NCBI GenBank assembly: GCA_038326615.1
Contig: JBBQKF010000006.1
Location: 1-63,596, forward strand
Direction: 5' to 3'
DNA from: Saccharofermentanales bacterium
GTDB taxonomy: Bacteria > Bacillota > Clostridia > Saccharofermentanales > UBA5734
Length of the DNA: 63,596 nt
Shown: positions 9,852-18,935 of the stretch, piece after piece
Layout: the number at the start of each line of letters is the position of its first letter
Numbering within the stretch: the stretch's first letter is position 1
The notes under the pieces: model-generated
Seen by the model: only the letters and a program-made list of their open reading frames with translations
Database searches by the model: none
What the model was told of the DNA's origin: nothing
Translations under genes and position numbers: made by a program

Positions 9852-11666
9852 CTAAATTATTATTTCTTCATCTGAATTTTTTGTTTCTTCCTTACTTGTC
9901 TCTATTTGTACTGTAATTGTCATACCAGAGACAAGATTATTTTCAATATTGTAATTGAAAGAATCGCCAAGATAAAGCTTTAGACGAAGCAGTGTGCCGA
10001 TTAATCCCATTCCACCGAATTTAATTTTACTTTTAATTTGTGAGTTTTCCAGATTTGTCTGTGATTCCGAAAGAATACTATCTATTTCCTCGAGTTTATC
10101 TTGGCTTATACCACAGCCATTGTCAGAAACTTCAATAAAAACAACACTATTAATTCTGTAAGTTTTAATACTAATAAATACTGTCTCATTCTCTATAAGA
10201 CTATATTTAATTGCATTTTCTGCTAAAGGTTGAAATGTCAATTTGGGAATTAAAACGGAATAAGTATTTTCATCAATTTCGATTGAATAATCGAGCCTTT
10301 GTCTGTATCTGCTTTTCATTAATTGCATATATGCTTTAAGATTTTCTGACTCCTCTTCAATTGACATAATCGTCGACTCATAGTCGGATGCATATCGAAG
10401 AATTTCAGATAAATTATAACATGCCTCGGCCGCCTCCTGATTGTCACCACTTTCACACATACTTGCGATACTCCCCAAAGAATTATACAAAAAATGCGGT
10501 CCGATTTCAGATTGCAGAATATTAAAAAGTGTTTTAGTTTGAATTGATTCAAGAACTGTCTGCTTTGTGAGTGACTCCGTGAGACGAGTTTTCATTTCCT
10601 TGAATGAACGATTAAGAACCTCAGTTTCATAATCTTTGCTTATATAATCAAATGGCTCTTTAAGATTGTTCAAATCAACCTTTTCCATCTTTTTTACAAA
10701 AGTCCGAATTGGTTTAGTCATTTTTCGTGTTACTATTGTTACAAACATTCCTGACAGAATAAAAAGAATTAAAACAATTACGATAAGATATAAGAGTATA
10801 ATTTTCATTGAAGAAAATAAAACTGACTTGTCGAGTATAAGGTAAGATTTATATTCTGTATAATTTGAATCTGTTACACTAATCAGTTCGTTTGATGTCT
10901 CAACCACCTTAGCACTTTCATTTTTGGTTTTATCAACTATTGATTTTATATAACTGTCTTCACTATTACGGTTTATATTAGTATAAAAAACGGAGCCATC
11001 TCGTCCAACTATAGCAAGGCTTAAATTGACCTTATTCCACTCGTTAACACAGATTTTTTCAATTACCTCGATTTTTTGTTGAACTTCAATATACCCGATA
11101 ACCTTATCTCCGTTTTTTATTGCTCGAATAAGTGAAATAACTTTCGCTTCGCTTTTCTTATCCCATGGATCTATTGTTGGTGGCAAATATATTCTTCGTC
11201 CGCTTTGAACGACAATATCAGTATACCAGCTTGATTTGAATATTTCCTTTTTAACTTGTCCTTTTGTAACATCAGTATTCCCAGTAGTAAATAAATCTCC
11301 ATATACGGTAAAAATAGAAATTCTGTGTATGTTTATTTTATTAATATAACTTTTTACTAGAATAGCTTTTATAATTGATTCATTTGCTGCCTTTTCGGTG
11401 TCTTTGCTTTTAACATCAACAATTGTGTTTAAAGCGTTGATAAGTTCAAAATTCGATGCAAGTTCAATTGAATTAACATCCATACTTTTCATTTGCATAT
11501 CAACCTGCGCCATTGTGGCTGTACCAAATTGTTCTACATTACTCTTTCCACTTGTTAATAGGATATATAAATTGTATCGGTAGAATGCTAAAGCGGACAA
11601 TATAATTATAGAAATTATAATTGCAGTATATGTAATAATTAGCTTCCCTGATAAAATTCTTTTCAT
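9852..11666 (-). CDS. YesM/LytS-type sensor histidine kinase
   Basis: Two TM segments, HAMP-like region, LQSEIGPHFLYNSL, QPLAENAIK and DNGCG motifs; start moved to ATG 11666 behind RBS AAAGGTGG. Confidence 0.9.
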   Translation of the reverse strand: MKRILSGKLIITYTAIIISIIILSALAFYRYNLYILLTSGKSNVEQFGTATMAQVDMQMKSMDVNSIELASNFELINALNTIVDVKSKDTEKAANESIIKAILVKSYINKINIHRISIFTVYGDLFTTGNTDVTKGQVKKEIFKSSWYTDIVVQSGRRIYLPPTIDPWDKKSEAKVISLIRAIKNGDKVIGYIEVQQKIEVIEKICVNEWNKVNLSLAIVGRDGSVFYTNINRNSEDSYIKSIVDKTKNESAKVVETSNELISVTDSNYTEYKSYLILDKSVLFSSMKIILLYLIVIVLILFILSGMFVTIVTRKMTKPIRTFVKKMEKVDLNNLKEPFDYISKDYETEVLNRSFKEMKTRLTESLTKQTVLESIQTKTLFNILQSEIGPHFLYNSLGSIASMCESGDNQEAAEACYNLSEILRYASDYESTIMSIEEESENLKAYMQLMKSRYRQRLDYSIEIDENTYSVLIPKLTFQPLAENAIKYSLIENETVFISIKTYRINSVVFIEVSDNGCGISQDKLEEIDSILSESQTNLENSQIKSKIKFGGMGLIGTLLRLKLYLGDSFNYNIENNLVSGMTITVQIETSKEETKNSDEEIII

Positions 11667-11802
11667 ATAATCCCACCTTTCATGCATTTCAATATTATCA
11701 CTAAAATCACAAAAGTGAAATATTATTTTAAAAGTGGAATTTTTATGATATACACTATGGCTTTTTAGTAATAAAAATCTTAGACTTAATATAATATTTA
11801 AT

Positions 11803-11957
11803 GGTTATCGCGTTTACTCAGTAAGTATTATAAAAATGTTATCATATTGAAATAATTGAGAAATCACTATTTCTACAATATCAATTTAGGGAGTTGCAGT
11901 GCATTCTTGCTTTATATAATCAAGAATGTCTGGTTATACTGAGTAAACACTATAGTC
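11803..11957. mobile_element. MITE family A, divergent copy
   Basis: Terminal inverted repeats GGTTATCGCGTTTACTCAGTA and TACTGAGTAAACACTATAGTC match copies at 31070 and 58699; 155 bp. Confidence 0.65.
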
Positions 11958-12117
11958 TTATAATATTTTATTCCTTGTAATTAGTAATTATACCACCCCC
12001 GTATCGTTTCTGATTATCCTTTGATTAAAATTCACTAACACTACTAACTATTAGGAAACTTACACATAAATTTATAATTTAAGAATTTACTAATCACGTA
12101 GTACAAGGAGATTTAAT

Positions 12118-12420
12118 ATGTTTGATAATCAAAAATATATCACAAATGGTGTCGAATCGCTAATTCCTAATTGTTTACAAGAATTCATGTGGAAATCTAT
12201 TGATCAAATGGATATCTCGACTAAAGACTATCTTCAGGTTTTCAAATTTATTAAAATCAATGAAGGAGGAAATCAGATCCAAAAGATTATACACTCACAG
12301 GAGCAGCCGCCATATAAGAAAGAATTTATGATTAAAGGTAATTTCGATAAGTTGTCCTTAAATATTTTTGTAATTGACGATGATACACATTGTACCATGC
12401 TACTTTCTGACGAATATTAG
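12118..12420 (+). CDS. DUF960 family protein
   Basis: KYITNGV, DYLQVF, IIHSQEQP and IFVIDD...TMLLSDEY pattern; RBS AAGGAG. Confidence 0.75.
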   Translation: MFDNQKYITNGVESLIPNCLQEFMWKSIDQMDISTKDYLQVFKFIKINEGGNQIQKIIHSQEQPPYKKEFMIKGNFDKLSLNIFVIDDDTHCTMLLSDEY

Positions 12421-12554
12421 AGACCTATTCCTACCTTTTTTAGCTCTTGTCTTTTACATGCCTAAACTTTTATATAATAAACTTTTGCATGTTCAATTTT
12501 TGCATGTTCAACTTATTACAACTCCAGTTTTTACAATTTTATAATTTCATTTAT

Positions 12555-12721
12555 GGTTCGAGCGTCAAAAGCATGACTTTTTTTTTTTCAATTAACTAGA
12601 TGTTGTTTAAAGATGCCTTCAGAAGATTTCAAGCTGTAGATTGCTGGTAATGGACAATTTCTGATGATTTCAAAAACTTTTTTAACATACATCTAGCCGG
12701 TTGACTTTTGACACTCGAACC
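12555..12721 (-). mobile_element. MITE family B copy (inverted relative to the other two)
   Basis: Ends GGTTCGAGCGTCAAAAG and CTTTTGACACTCGAACC; 167 bp; flanked by ATTTAT duplication. Confidence 0.85.
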
Positions 12722-12744
12722 ATTTATATAATTTTTATAAATTT

Positions 12745-12804
12745 AGCAAAGGAGTTATCACTCAATATAACTTTCGTAAATCGAGCAAAGGAGTTATCAC
12801 TCAA
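12745..12804. repeat. 21-bp direct repeat pair
   Basis: AGCAAAGGAGTTATCACTCAA at 12745 and 12784. Confidence 0.85.
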
Positions 12805-12826
12805 AATGTGAAGATGAATATTATAT

Positions 12827-12869
12827 AAAAAGCCCTCAAAATTAAGGATTAATCCATAATTCTGAGGGC
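12827..12869 (-). terminator. Terminator after rplL
   Basis: GCCCTCAGAATTATGGA...TCCTTAATTTTGAGGGC hairpin followed by a T run. Confidence 0.75.
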
Positions 12870-12908
12870 CAATTTTTTTAAATAAGACTTTGCAGTTTAA
12901 GAAATTAA

Positions 12909-13286
12909 TTACTTAACTTCTACAACAGCTCCAGCTTCCTTAAGTTTTGTTGCAACAGTTGCTGCATCTTCTTTGCTCACATTCTCTTTGACAGCTTTTG
13001 GAGCTGTATCAACTAGATCTTTTGCTTCTTTAAGTCCTAATCCTGTAATTTCACGAACAGCTTTGATGACGTTTATTTTAGTTGCGCCAGCTTCCATAAG
13101 CATTACTGTGAATTCTGTTTGTTCTTCGACTTCTGCTACAGCAGCTCCAGCTGCAGGAGCAGCAACTGCCATTGCAGATGCAGATACACCAAATTCTGTT
13201 TCGAGTGCTTTTACGAGTTCGGAAAGTTCCATAACGGTAAGAGCTTTGATTTCTTCAATAAACTTTGCAGTTTTTTCATTAGCCAT
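12909..13286 (-). CDS. rplL: 50S ribosomal protein L7/L12
   Basis: EEQTEFTV and [24 protein letters not shown] motifs; start at ATG 13286 behind GGAGGT. Confidence 0.97.
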   Translation of the reverse strand: MANEKTAKFIEEIKALTVMELSELVKALETEFGVSASAMAVAAPAAGAAVAEVEEQTEFTVMLMEAGATKINVIKAVREITGLGLKEAKDLVDTAPKAVKENVSKEDAATVATKLKEAGAVVEVK

Positions 13287-13420
13287 GATAATATACCTCC
13301 ACATTTTTAATTTAATTTTTTCTTCGTGTTCTTTTTTCGTTGTTCCAAACTATAAAGTCTGGTTTCTAATCTTTCTTCTTTGAATAACACTTATTATGTT
13401 TCTCAAAACACTAAAGATTA

Positions 13421-13951
13421 TTAAACAGCAACAGCTGCAATTGTTTCAACTCCTGTTTCTTCACCTTTTTCGCGTATTGCGTTAAGGATCATTGCAAGGC
13501 CAGAGATTGGTGATGCGATTGCGCATACAATCTGAGCATAAAGGACTTCTCTTGGTGGGATTGATGCAAGTGCTTTAACATCGGCAACAGTCAACGTCTT
13601 GTTGTCAATTGTTCCGCCTTTGATTGAAAATGCTTCAATCTTGTCAGCGAATGGTTGCAATACTTTAGCAGGTGCAACAACATCAGTCTTGCTATAAGCG
13701 ATTGCAGTAGGTCCTACGAATAATGTTTCCATACCTTCAATTCCAGCTTCTTTAGCTGCAATTGTTGCTAATGTATTCTTGACAACCTTGTATATAACGC
13801 CTTCTTTACGAAGAGCATTTCTCATATCAGTGTCCTGTGAAACTGTTAATCCACGATAATCTGCAACTAAAATAGATTGAGCGCTCTTGAACTCTTCAAT
13901 AAGTTCATTAACTACATCTTTTTTTACATCTAATATTTTATTGCTTGGCAT
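13421..13951 (-). CDS. rplJ: 50S ribosomal protein L10
   Basis: DYRGLTV, VVKNTL and GPTAIAY motifs; operon position. Confidence 0.97.
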   Translation of the reverse strand: MPSNKILDVKKDVVNELIEEFKSAQSILVADYRGLTVSQDTDMRNALRKEGVIYKVVKNTLATIAAKEAGIEGMETLFVGPTAIAYSKTDVVAPAKVLQPFADKIEAFSIKGGTIDNKTLTVADVKALASIPPREVLYAQIVCAIASPISGLAMILNAIREKGEETGVETIAAVAV

Positions 13952-13979
13952 AATTTCGATTCCTCCTTTTTTAAAAATT

Positions 13980-14112
13980 AAAAATCCCTCGTGCCAAAAG
14001 ACATGAGGGATATCATTAAATCAAATTAAAATAATTTTAAATTGTTTAATCACCTCGGCAGGACGTCTAATGCGTTTATATCCGATTTTCGGATTCCTAC
14101 TGTCTTTGGGAC
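13980..14112 (-). promoter_or_regulatory. L10 leader autoregulatory RNA with attenuator hairpin
   Basis: CCAAAGACAGTAGG...CCTGCCGAGG core (14051-14112) and ATCCCTCATGTC...GGCACGAGGGAT hairpin with T run. Confidence 0.85.
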
Positions 14113-14120
14113 ACTTGACC

Positions 14121-14149
14121 ATTCTATTAGAGAATAACTAATTTGTCAA
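14121..14149 (-). promoter_or_regulatory. Sigma-A promoter of rplJL
   Basis: TTGACA-17 bp-TAGAAT. Confidence 0.75.
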
Positions 14150-14181
14150 CATTTATTTCTTAGACACGTTTTTTCTTAGAA

Positions 14182-14874
14182 TTATACTAAACGTGCAGAG
14201 TTAATCTTAATTCCTGTTCCCATTGTCGCAGAAATTGATACACTCTTAAGGTATTGGCCTTTTGCTGCTGACGGTTTCGCTTTAATAATTGCATCCATTA
14301 TTGTCTTAAAGTTTTCTGCAATTTTCTCCTGGCCAAAGGAAACTTTTCCGATTGGGCAGTGAATAATGTTTGTTTTATCAAGACGATATTCAATTTTACC
14401 TGCTTTGATGTCATTAATTGCCTTTGTTACATCCATAGTAACAGTTCCGGCCTTAGGGTTAGGCATAAGGCCTTTAGGGCCTAAAACTTTACCTAAACGA
14501 CCAACAACACCCATCATGTCTGGTGTTGCAACAACAACGTCAAACTCAAACCAGTTTTCGCTTGTAATCTTTGCAACAAGGTCTTCAGCGCCAACAAATT
14601 CAGCGCCTGCGGCTGTTGCTTCATCAGCTTTTGGTCCTTTAGCAAAAACAAGAACACGTACTTTACGGCCTGTTCCATGTGGCAGAACTACTGCTCCACG
14701 AACCTGCTGATCGGCATGTCTTGAGTCAACACCAAGTCTTACATGCAATTCCACTGATTCATCGAATTTAGCGGTAGCAGTTTTTTGGACGAGTGCGATT
14801 GCCTCTGAAGGATCATAAGTCAGGTTTCTATCTACGAGCTTTGAAAGCTCTTTAAATCTTTTGCCTCTTTTCAT
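14182..14874 (-). CDS. rplA: 50S ribosomal protein L1
   Basis: [23 protein letters not shown] and [14 protein letters not shown] motifs. Confidence 0.98.
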   Translation of the reverse strand: MKRGKRFKELSKLVDRNLTYDPSEAIALVQKTATAKFDESVELHVRLGVDSRHADQQVRGAVVLPHGTGRKVRVLVFAKGPKADEATAAGAEFVGAEDLVAKITSENWFEFDVVVATPDMMGVVGRLGKVLGPKGLMPNPKAGTVTMDVTKAINDIKAGKIEYRLDKTNIIHCPIGKVSFGQEKIAENFKTIMDAIIKAKPSAAKGQYLKSVSISATMGTGIKINSARLV

Positions 14875-14897
14875 TTTCTTTTCACCTCTCCTTTGGA

Positions 14898-15326
14898 TTA
14901 ACCGTCAATTACGACGATTCCCATGCTACGCGCTGTTCCTGCTACCATTCTTGCACAAGCTTCTACACTTGCTGCGTTGGTATCTACCATTTTTAGCTCT
15001 GCAATTTTCATGCACTCAGATTTTGTGATTTTTGCAACCTTTGTTGAATTAGGTTTACTTGAACCACTTTCAATTTTGCATGCTTTCTTGAGCAATACCG
15101 GAACCGGAGGAGTTTTTGTTATGAAAGAGTATGATCTATCACCAAAAATGGTGATTACGACTGGGATGATTAATCCTACGTCCTTAGAAGTTCTTTCATT
15201 AAATTCCTTAACAAACTGCGCAATGTTTACGCCGTGTTGTCCAAGGGCTGGTCCTACCGGTGGTGCCGGTGTGGCTTTTCCTGCTGGTATCTGTAATTTT
15301 ACGTACGCTGTAATTTTCTTTGCCAT
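14898..15326 (-). CDS. rplK: 50S ribosomal protein L11
   Basis: [26 protein letters not shown]; start at ATG 15326. Confidence 0.98.
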   Translation of the reverse strand: MAKKITAYVKLQIPAGKATPAPPVGPALGQHGVNIAQFVKEFNERTSKDVGLIIPVVITIFGDRSYSFITKTPPVPVLLKKACKIESGSSKPNSTKVAKITKSECMKIAELKMVDTNAASVEACARMVAGTARSMGIVVIDG

Positions 15327-15468
15327 TTCGTTCCACCTCCCAAATAATTTACGCACTTTCATACGTTTTCTATTTAATCTGCATTTGCAGTTTAATAGCT
15401 CATTAGTTAAATAATTAATTCATAAATTTTGAAAATTTGAGTTTTTTCAACTTTTCAAAAAAATATTA

Positions 15469-16002
15469 TCAGATTCTCATAATCTGAGTAAGCTCAAGTT
15501 CAACTGGTGTTTCTCTTCCAAACATTGAAACAAGAACTTTTACCTTCTTCTTGTCAAAGTTGATATCTTCAACTGTACCGATAAAACTCTCCAATGGTCC
15601 GTTAATGACTTTAACAGAATCGCCGACACCATAATCAACTTCAGGTTCCCACGTAGAGTCAAGTCCCATAAGTGCAAGCTCTTCTTCGGACAATGATACG
15701 GGTTTGGAATTTGGGCCAACAAAGCCTGTAACTCCTCTTGTATTTCGAACTATGTACCATATTTCGTCGGTAAGTACCATCTTTACAAGAACATATCCTG
15801 GATAAATCTTGCGCTGCAACATTTTAGTTTTACCGTCTTTGATTTCGGTATAATCTTCCATCGGCACTTCGATTTCCTGAATGAAATCTTGTATTCCACG
15901 GTTCTCCACGATTCTTTCTAGAGTCGCTTTAACCTTATTCTCATAGCCAGAGTATGTATGAATTACATACCATAGAGCTTCATTGTTTGTTTCCTCAGAC
16001 AT
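15469..16002 (-). CDS. nusG: Transcription termination/antitermination factor NusG
   Basis: WYVIHTYSGYENKV, PGYVLV and VSMFGRETPVEL motifs. Confidence 0.98.
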   Translation of the reverse strand: MSEETNNEALWYVIHTYSGYENKVKATLERIVENRGIQDFIQEIEVPMEDYTEIKDGKTKMLQRKIYPGYVLVKMVLTDEIWYIVRNTRGVTGFVGPNSKPVSLSEEELALMGLDSTWEPEVDYGVGDSVKVINGPLESFIGTVEDINFDKKKVKVLVSMFGRETPVELELTQIMRI

Positions 16003-16013
16003 TATTGGTCTCC

Positions 16014-16430
16014 TTAATTTGATGATGACGCAGAAGATGCTGATGATGCTGCTGTTGGTACAGAAGATACTGCAGTTGACGATGCGTCAACTGAAGCTTG
16101 TGTAGAGGTCACCGTACTTGTTGCAACTGTTGGATTTGCCATAGTTGGAATAAGGTTACTTGTAGCCACTATACTACTTTCTGTTTCAGGAAAAAACTTG
16201 ACTGCGCCTAAAAATCCTGACAATATTTTGTCAACAGAAAAGATAAGAACTGCTGCAAAAATACATATTGCAACCACCGCAATGGTGCTCTGTGTCAGTT
16301 TTTTTCTGTCAGGCCATACGACTTTTTTTAATTCGGCTCTAAGCTCTGAAAAGAATTTAACAACTCTCTTGCCAGCTTTTTCAAATAAATTTACTTTTTT
16401 TTCTTTACCGGCTTTCTCTTTATCTGCCAT
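16014..16430 (-). CDS. secE: Preprotein translocase subunit SecE with Ser/Thr/Ala-rich C-terminal tail
   Basis: FFSELRAELKKVVWP motif, one TM helix, located between rpmG and nusG; start at ATG 16430 behind GAGGAG. Confidence 0.92.
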   Translation of the reverse strand: MADKEKAGKEKKVNLFEKAGKRVVKFFSELRAELKKVVWPDRKKLTQSTIAVVAICIFAAVLIFSVDKILSGFLGAVKFFPETESSIVATSNLIPTMANPTVATSTVTSTQASVDASSTAVSSVPTAASSASSASSSN

Positions 16431-16474
16431 TTTGCGCTCCTCACTCATTCTAGGTTAAGCTACGAAAATAATAA

Positions 16475-16639
16475 TCACTTTGTTTCCTTGTGATTTGTGT
16501 GTTTGCGGCAGAACCTGCAATATTTCTTCATTTCGAGTCTGTCTGGATCATTTTTCTTGTTTTTCATTGAGTTATAATTTCTTTGTTTGCATACTTCGCA
16601 TGCTAATGTGATTTTCTCACGAGCCCCAGCTTTTGCCAT
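16475..16639 (-). CDS. rpmG: 50S ribosomal protein L33 (Zn-ribbon form); absent from the ORF track
   Basis: Manual translation [54 protein letters not shown]. Confidence 0.97.
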   Translation of the reverse strand: MAKAGAREKITLACEVCKQRNYNSMKNKKNDPDRLEMKKYCRFCRKHTNHKETK

Positions 16640-16720
16640 ATTCTATTTCCCCCCGCATTTTGCGTATTAATATACTTTCGTGCCATAAAAAAAAGAACCT
16701 ACACGTCGATAAGCAACAGA

Positions 16721-16749
16721 ATTCTACCATGTAAAAGTCGTTTTGTCAA
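16721..16749 (-). promoter_or_regulatory. Sigma-A promoter of rpmG-secE-nusG
   Basis: TTGACA-17 bp-TAGAAT with extended TG. Confidence 0.75.
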
Positions 16750-17061
16750 ACATTTTTTTTATTTACTAATCTTATTTATGAGTAACAAGTGATAATGTCT
16801 TATTGTAACACAAGTGATTATGTCCTAAAGTTTGAAAATAAGGATATAATTGAACCTCGCGATTATTAAGGTGACGAAATAGGATGGACAATGAGGAATT
16901 TCTCACGACTGATTAATGGATACAATAAAGTGAGAGTGAATTCTTATTGCGGTTTCTCTTAACAGTTGCTATAATAAAAGTATAAATTTATTTGGAAAAA
17001 AGATGAATTTATCAAAATCATTAACTACACCAAGCACACAAAACAAAGGAGTGATAAATTT

Positions 17062-17202
17062 ATGGGAAACAAAAACATTAAAAAAGAAGTAAAAAAGAAG
17101 AAGTCTACGTCTAAAACAACAGCTGCAGCACCATCGCTTATGTCGATTGTAACTCAACCGGAAATTATTAAAAAGCCTAAAAAGTCACCTAGTGATAAGT
17201 AA
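17062..17202 (+). CDS. Small lysine-rich protein (46 aa); absent from the ORF track
   Basis: RBS AAAGGAGTGAT; MGNKNIKKEVKKKKSTSKTTAAAPSLMSIVTQPEIIKKPKKSPSDK; followed by a terminator. Confidence 0.7.
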   Translation: MGNKNIKKEVKKKKSTSKTTAAAPSLMSIVTQPEIIKKPKKSPSDK

Positions 17203-17328
17203 CACCTAAATCCTATTTATAATTTTAGATGTTACAAAGGATTATGACTGGTGATTTTAGTAAATTATAACTGCTGGTTGTTGATTAATTGTTTGTCATT
17301 TGATTATTATAATTACAACTTTAAATGG

Positions 17329-17366
17329 AAAAGCTTTCTTCTTATACAAATGAAGAAAGCTTTTTT
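17329..17366 (+). terminator. Bidirectional-type terminator
   Basis: AAAAGCTTTCTTC-loop-GAAGAAAGCTTTTTT. Confidence 0.8.
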
Positions 17367-17610
17367 AATATTCATAATTTTTTAGCTCATTTAAACCTTG
17401 ATGAAGGAATCTGAAAAACTCGTTTAAATTATCGAAAATTTTGCAGAACTTATTTGGGAGTTTTGTTTATTTACTTTCGATATCAACCCTATAATAATTC
17501 AAAATGAATTTAGTAAATTCAAAAATAACTGCTAATTTCAGAAATTATTCCTAATTATGCAATGTTCTGAAAACCATCCAATTTAAATTGAAAATTGGCG
17601 GCCACTAAAA

Positions 17611-18534
17611 TCAATGACTTCGAAACCCTTCACCTAGCACTTCACGGACATCAGTCATAATAACGAAAGCATGTGGATCCACACTTTTGACTAAAGACTT
17701 TAATTTTGGAATCTGCTTACGGTCAAGCACACAAAGCAAGACTTTTTTGTCAGTTCCAGTAAACATTCCTGTGCCGTTAAGCCCAGTCACACCGCGGTCA
17801 ATCTCAGACATTATTTTCGTTGAAATAATCTGCGATTCGTTCGAAATAACAAAAACCGCTTTGGCATAATCGACGCCTTCTAGGATTGTATCGATTACTT
17901 TTGAACAAATATAAATTGTAATTATTGCATAAAGCCCTATAAGGAAACTTCTAAAAGCTATTGCTGCCATAACAACAACCATTCCATCTATAACGAGTAG
18001 TATCTTGCCGACTGTAAAATGTGGTACAAAGTGGTGAACCATCTGTGCTGCAAGGTCTGTGCCTCCGGTTGTAGCCCCTGCCCGGAAAACTATTCCAAGC
18101 CCAATTCCCATTAAAACGCCACCAAATACACAGTACAGCATCAAGTTTGAATTAACGCCTGTATCAGAAATCCCGCCTAGGAAACTCCCAACAAATTTGC
18201 TTGTAAAAGGCTCTAACACATCAATAAAAACTGATAGCAAAACGGTACTAAAAAGTGTTTTGATTAAAAATCTTCTGCCAACGATTTTCATTCCACCTAT
18301 AAAAAGCGGAATGTTAATAATAAGTATTAATGTACCAACTGGTATTTTTGAATTGGTCAGATAAAATATAACAGTTGCGATTCCCGTTATACCACCGGGT
18401 GCGATTTTATATGGAAACAAGAAAATATCAATGGCACAAGCTGCAATTAAACATCCGATAACCAAAAATGCATATTCTTTTATCCTTAAAAACTCATTCT
18501 TAACTATTTTCACAGGGTTTTGAATTTTATTCAT
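17611..18534 (-). CDS. YitT family membrane protein
   Basis: APGGITG, GATTGGTD, RGVT and DPHAFV motifs. Confidence 0.9.
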   Translation of the reverse strand: MNKIQNPVKIVKNEFLRIKEYAFLVIGCLIAACAIDIFLFPYKIAPGGITGIATVIFYLTNSKIPVGTLILIINIPLFIGGMKIVGRRFLIKTLFSTVLLSVFIDVLEPFTSKFVGSFLGGISDTGVNSNLMLYCVFGGVLMGIGLGIVFRAGATTGGTDLAAQMVHHFVPHFTVGKILLVIDGMVVVMAAIAFRSFLIGLYAIITIYICSKVIDTILEGVDYAKAVFVISNESQIISTKIMSEIDRGVTGLNGTGMFTGTDKKVLLCVLDRKQIPKLKSLVKSVDPHAFVIMTDVREVLGEGFRSH

Positions 18535-18624
18535 GAATATGTCCTTTCGATTGTGTCGTTTGCCCGAAATTCATTGTAACATTTTACAGGTAGTGTTTCA
18601 ATCAGAAAAATCAACTCAAAAATT

Positions 18625-18653
18625 TTGCATTTGATGTTTATTTGTGCTAGAAT
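18625..18653 (+). promoter_or_regulatory. Sigma-A promoter of tRNA-Val
   Basis: TTGCAT-17 bp-TAGAAT with extended TG. Confidence 0.65.
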
Positions 18654-18662
18654 TGTAAAAAT

Positions 18663-18739
18663 GGAAGCATAGCTCAGCTGGTTAGAGCGCTTGCCTCACA
18701 CGCAAGAGGTCGCAGGTTCAAGTCCTGCTGTTTTCACCA
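18663..18739 (+). tRNA. tRNA-Val (anticodon CAC)
   Basis: 77-nt cloverleaf: D arm AGCTCAGCTGGTTAGAGC, anticodon arm CTTGC-CTCACAC-GCAAG, T arm GCAGG-TTCAAGT-CCTGC, encoded CCA. Confidence 0.96.
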
Positions 18740-18746
18740 GACGTAT

Positions 18747-18790
18747 AAGCCTTATGGGGATTGCATTCGCAGACTTCATAGGGCTTTTTT
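18747..18790 (+). terminator. Terminator after the tRNA
   Basis: AAGCCTTATGGGG...CTTCATAGGGCTTTTTT hairpin. Confidence 0.75.
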
Positions 18791-18827
18791 GCATAAAAAC
18801 GCCTCACTTAATGTTAATTTTATCTCA

Positions 18828-18853
18828 GGGACAGGAGCCATGGTGAATTTTCA
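18828..18853 (+). repeat. Solitary REP-like unit of the 54.5-54.8 kb family
   Basis: GGGACAGGAGCCATGGTGAATTTT matches GGGGACAGGAACCATGKTAAAATTT. Confidence 0.65.
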
Positions 18854-18935
18854 GTAATATAATAAAGAAATTATTTCGAATTATCATGTTATAATAATAA
18901 GGATGTCTTCATTTTTTATACAGGAGGACCCTTAC

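Noticed and set aside
12973-15414. Plus-strand ORFs antisense to ribosomal genes (and similar short antisense ORFs across the window)
   Set aside because: Shadow frames of well-supported genes with no independent signals
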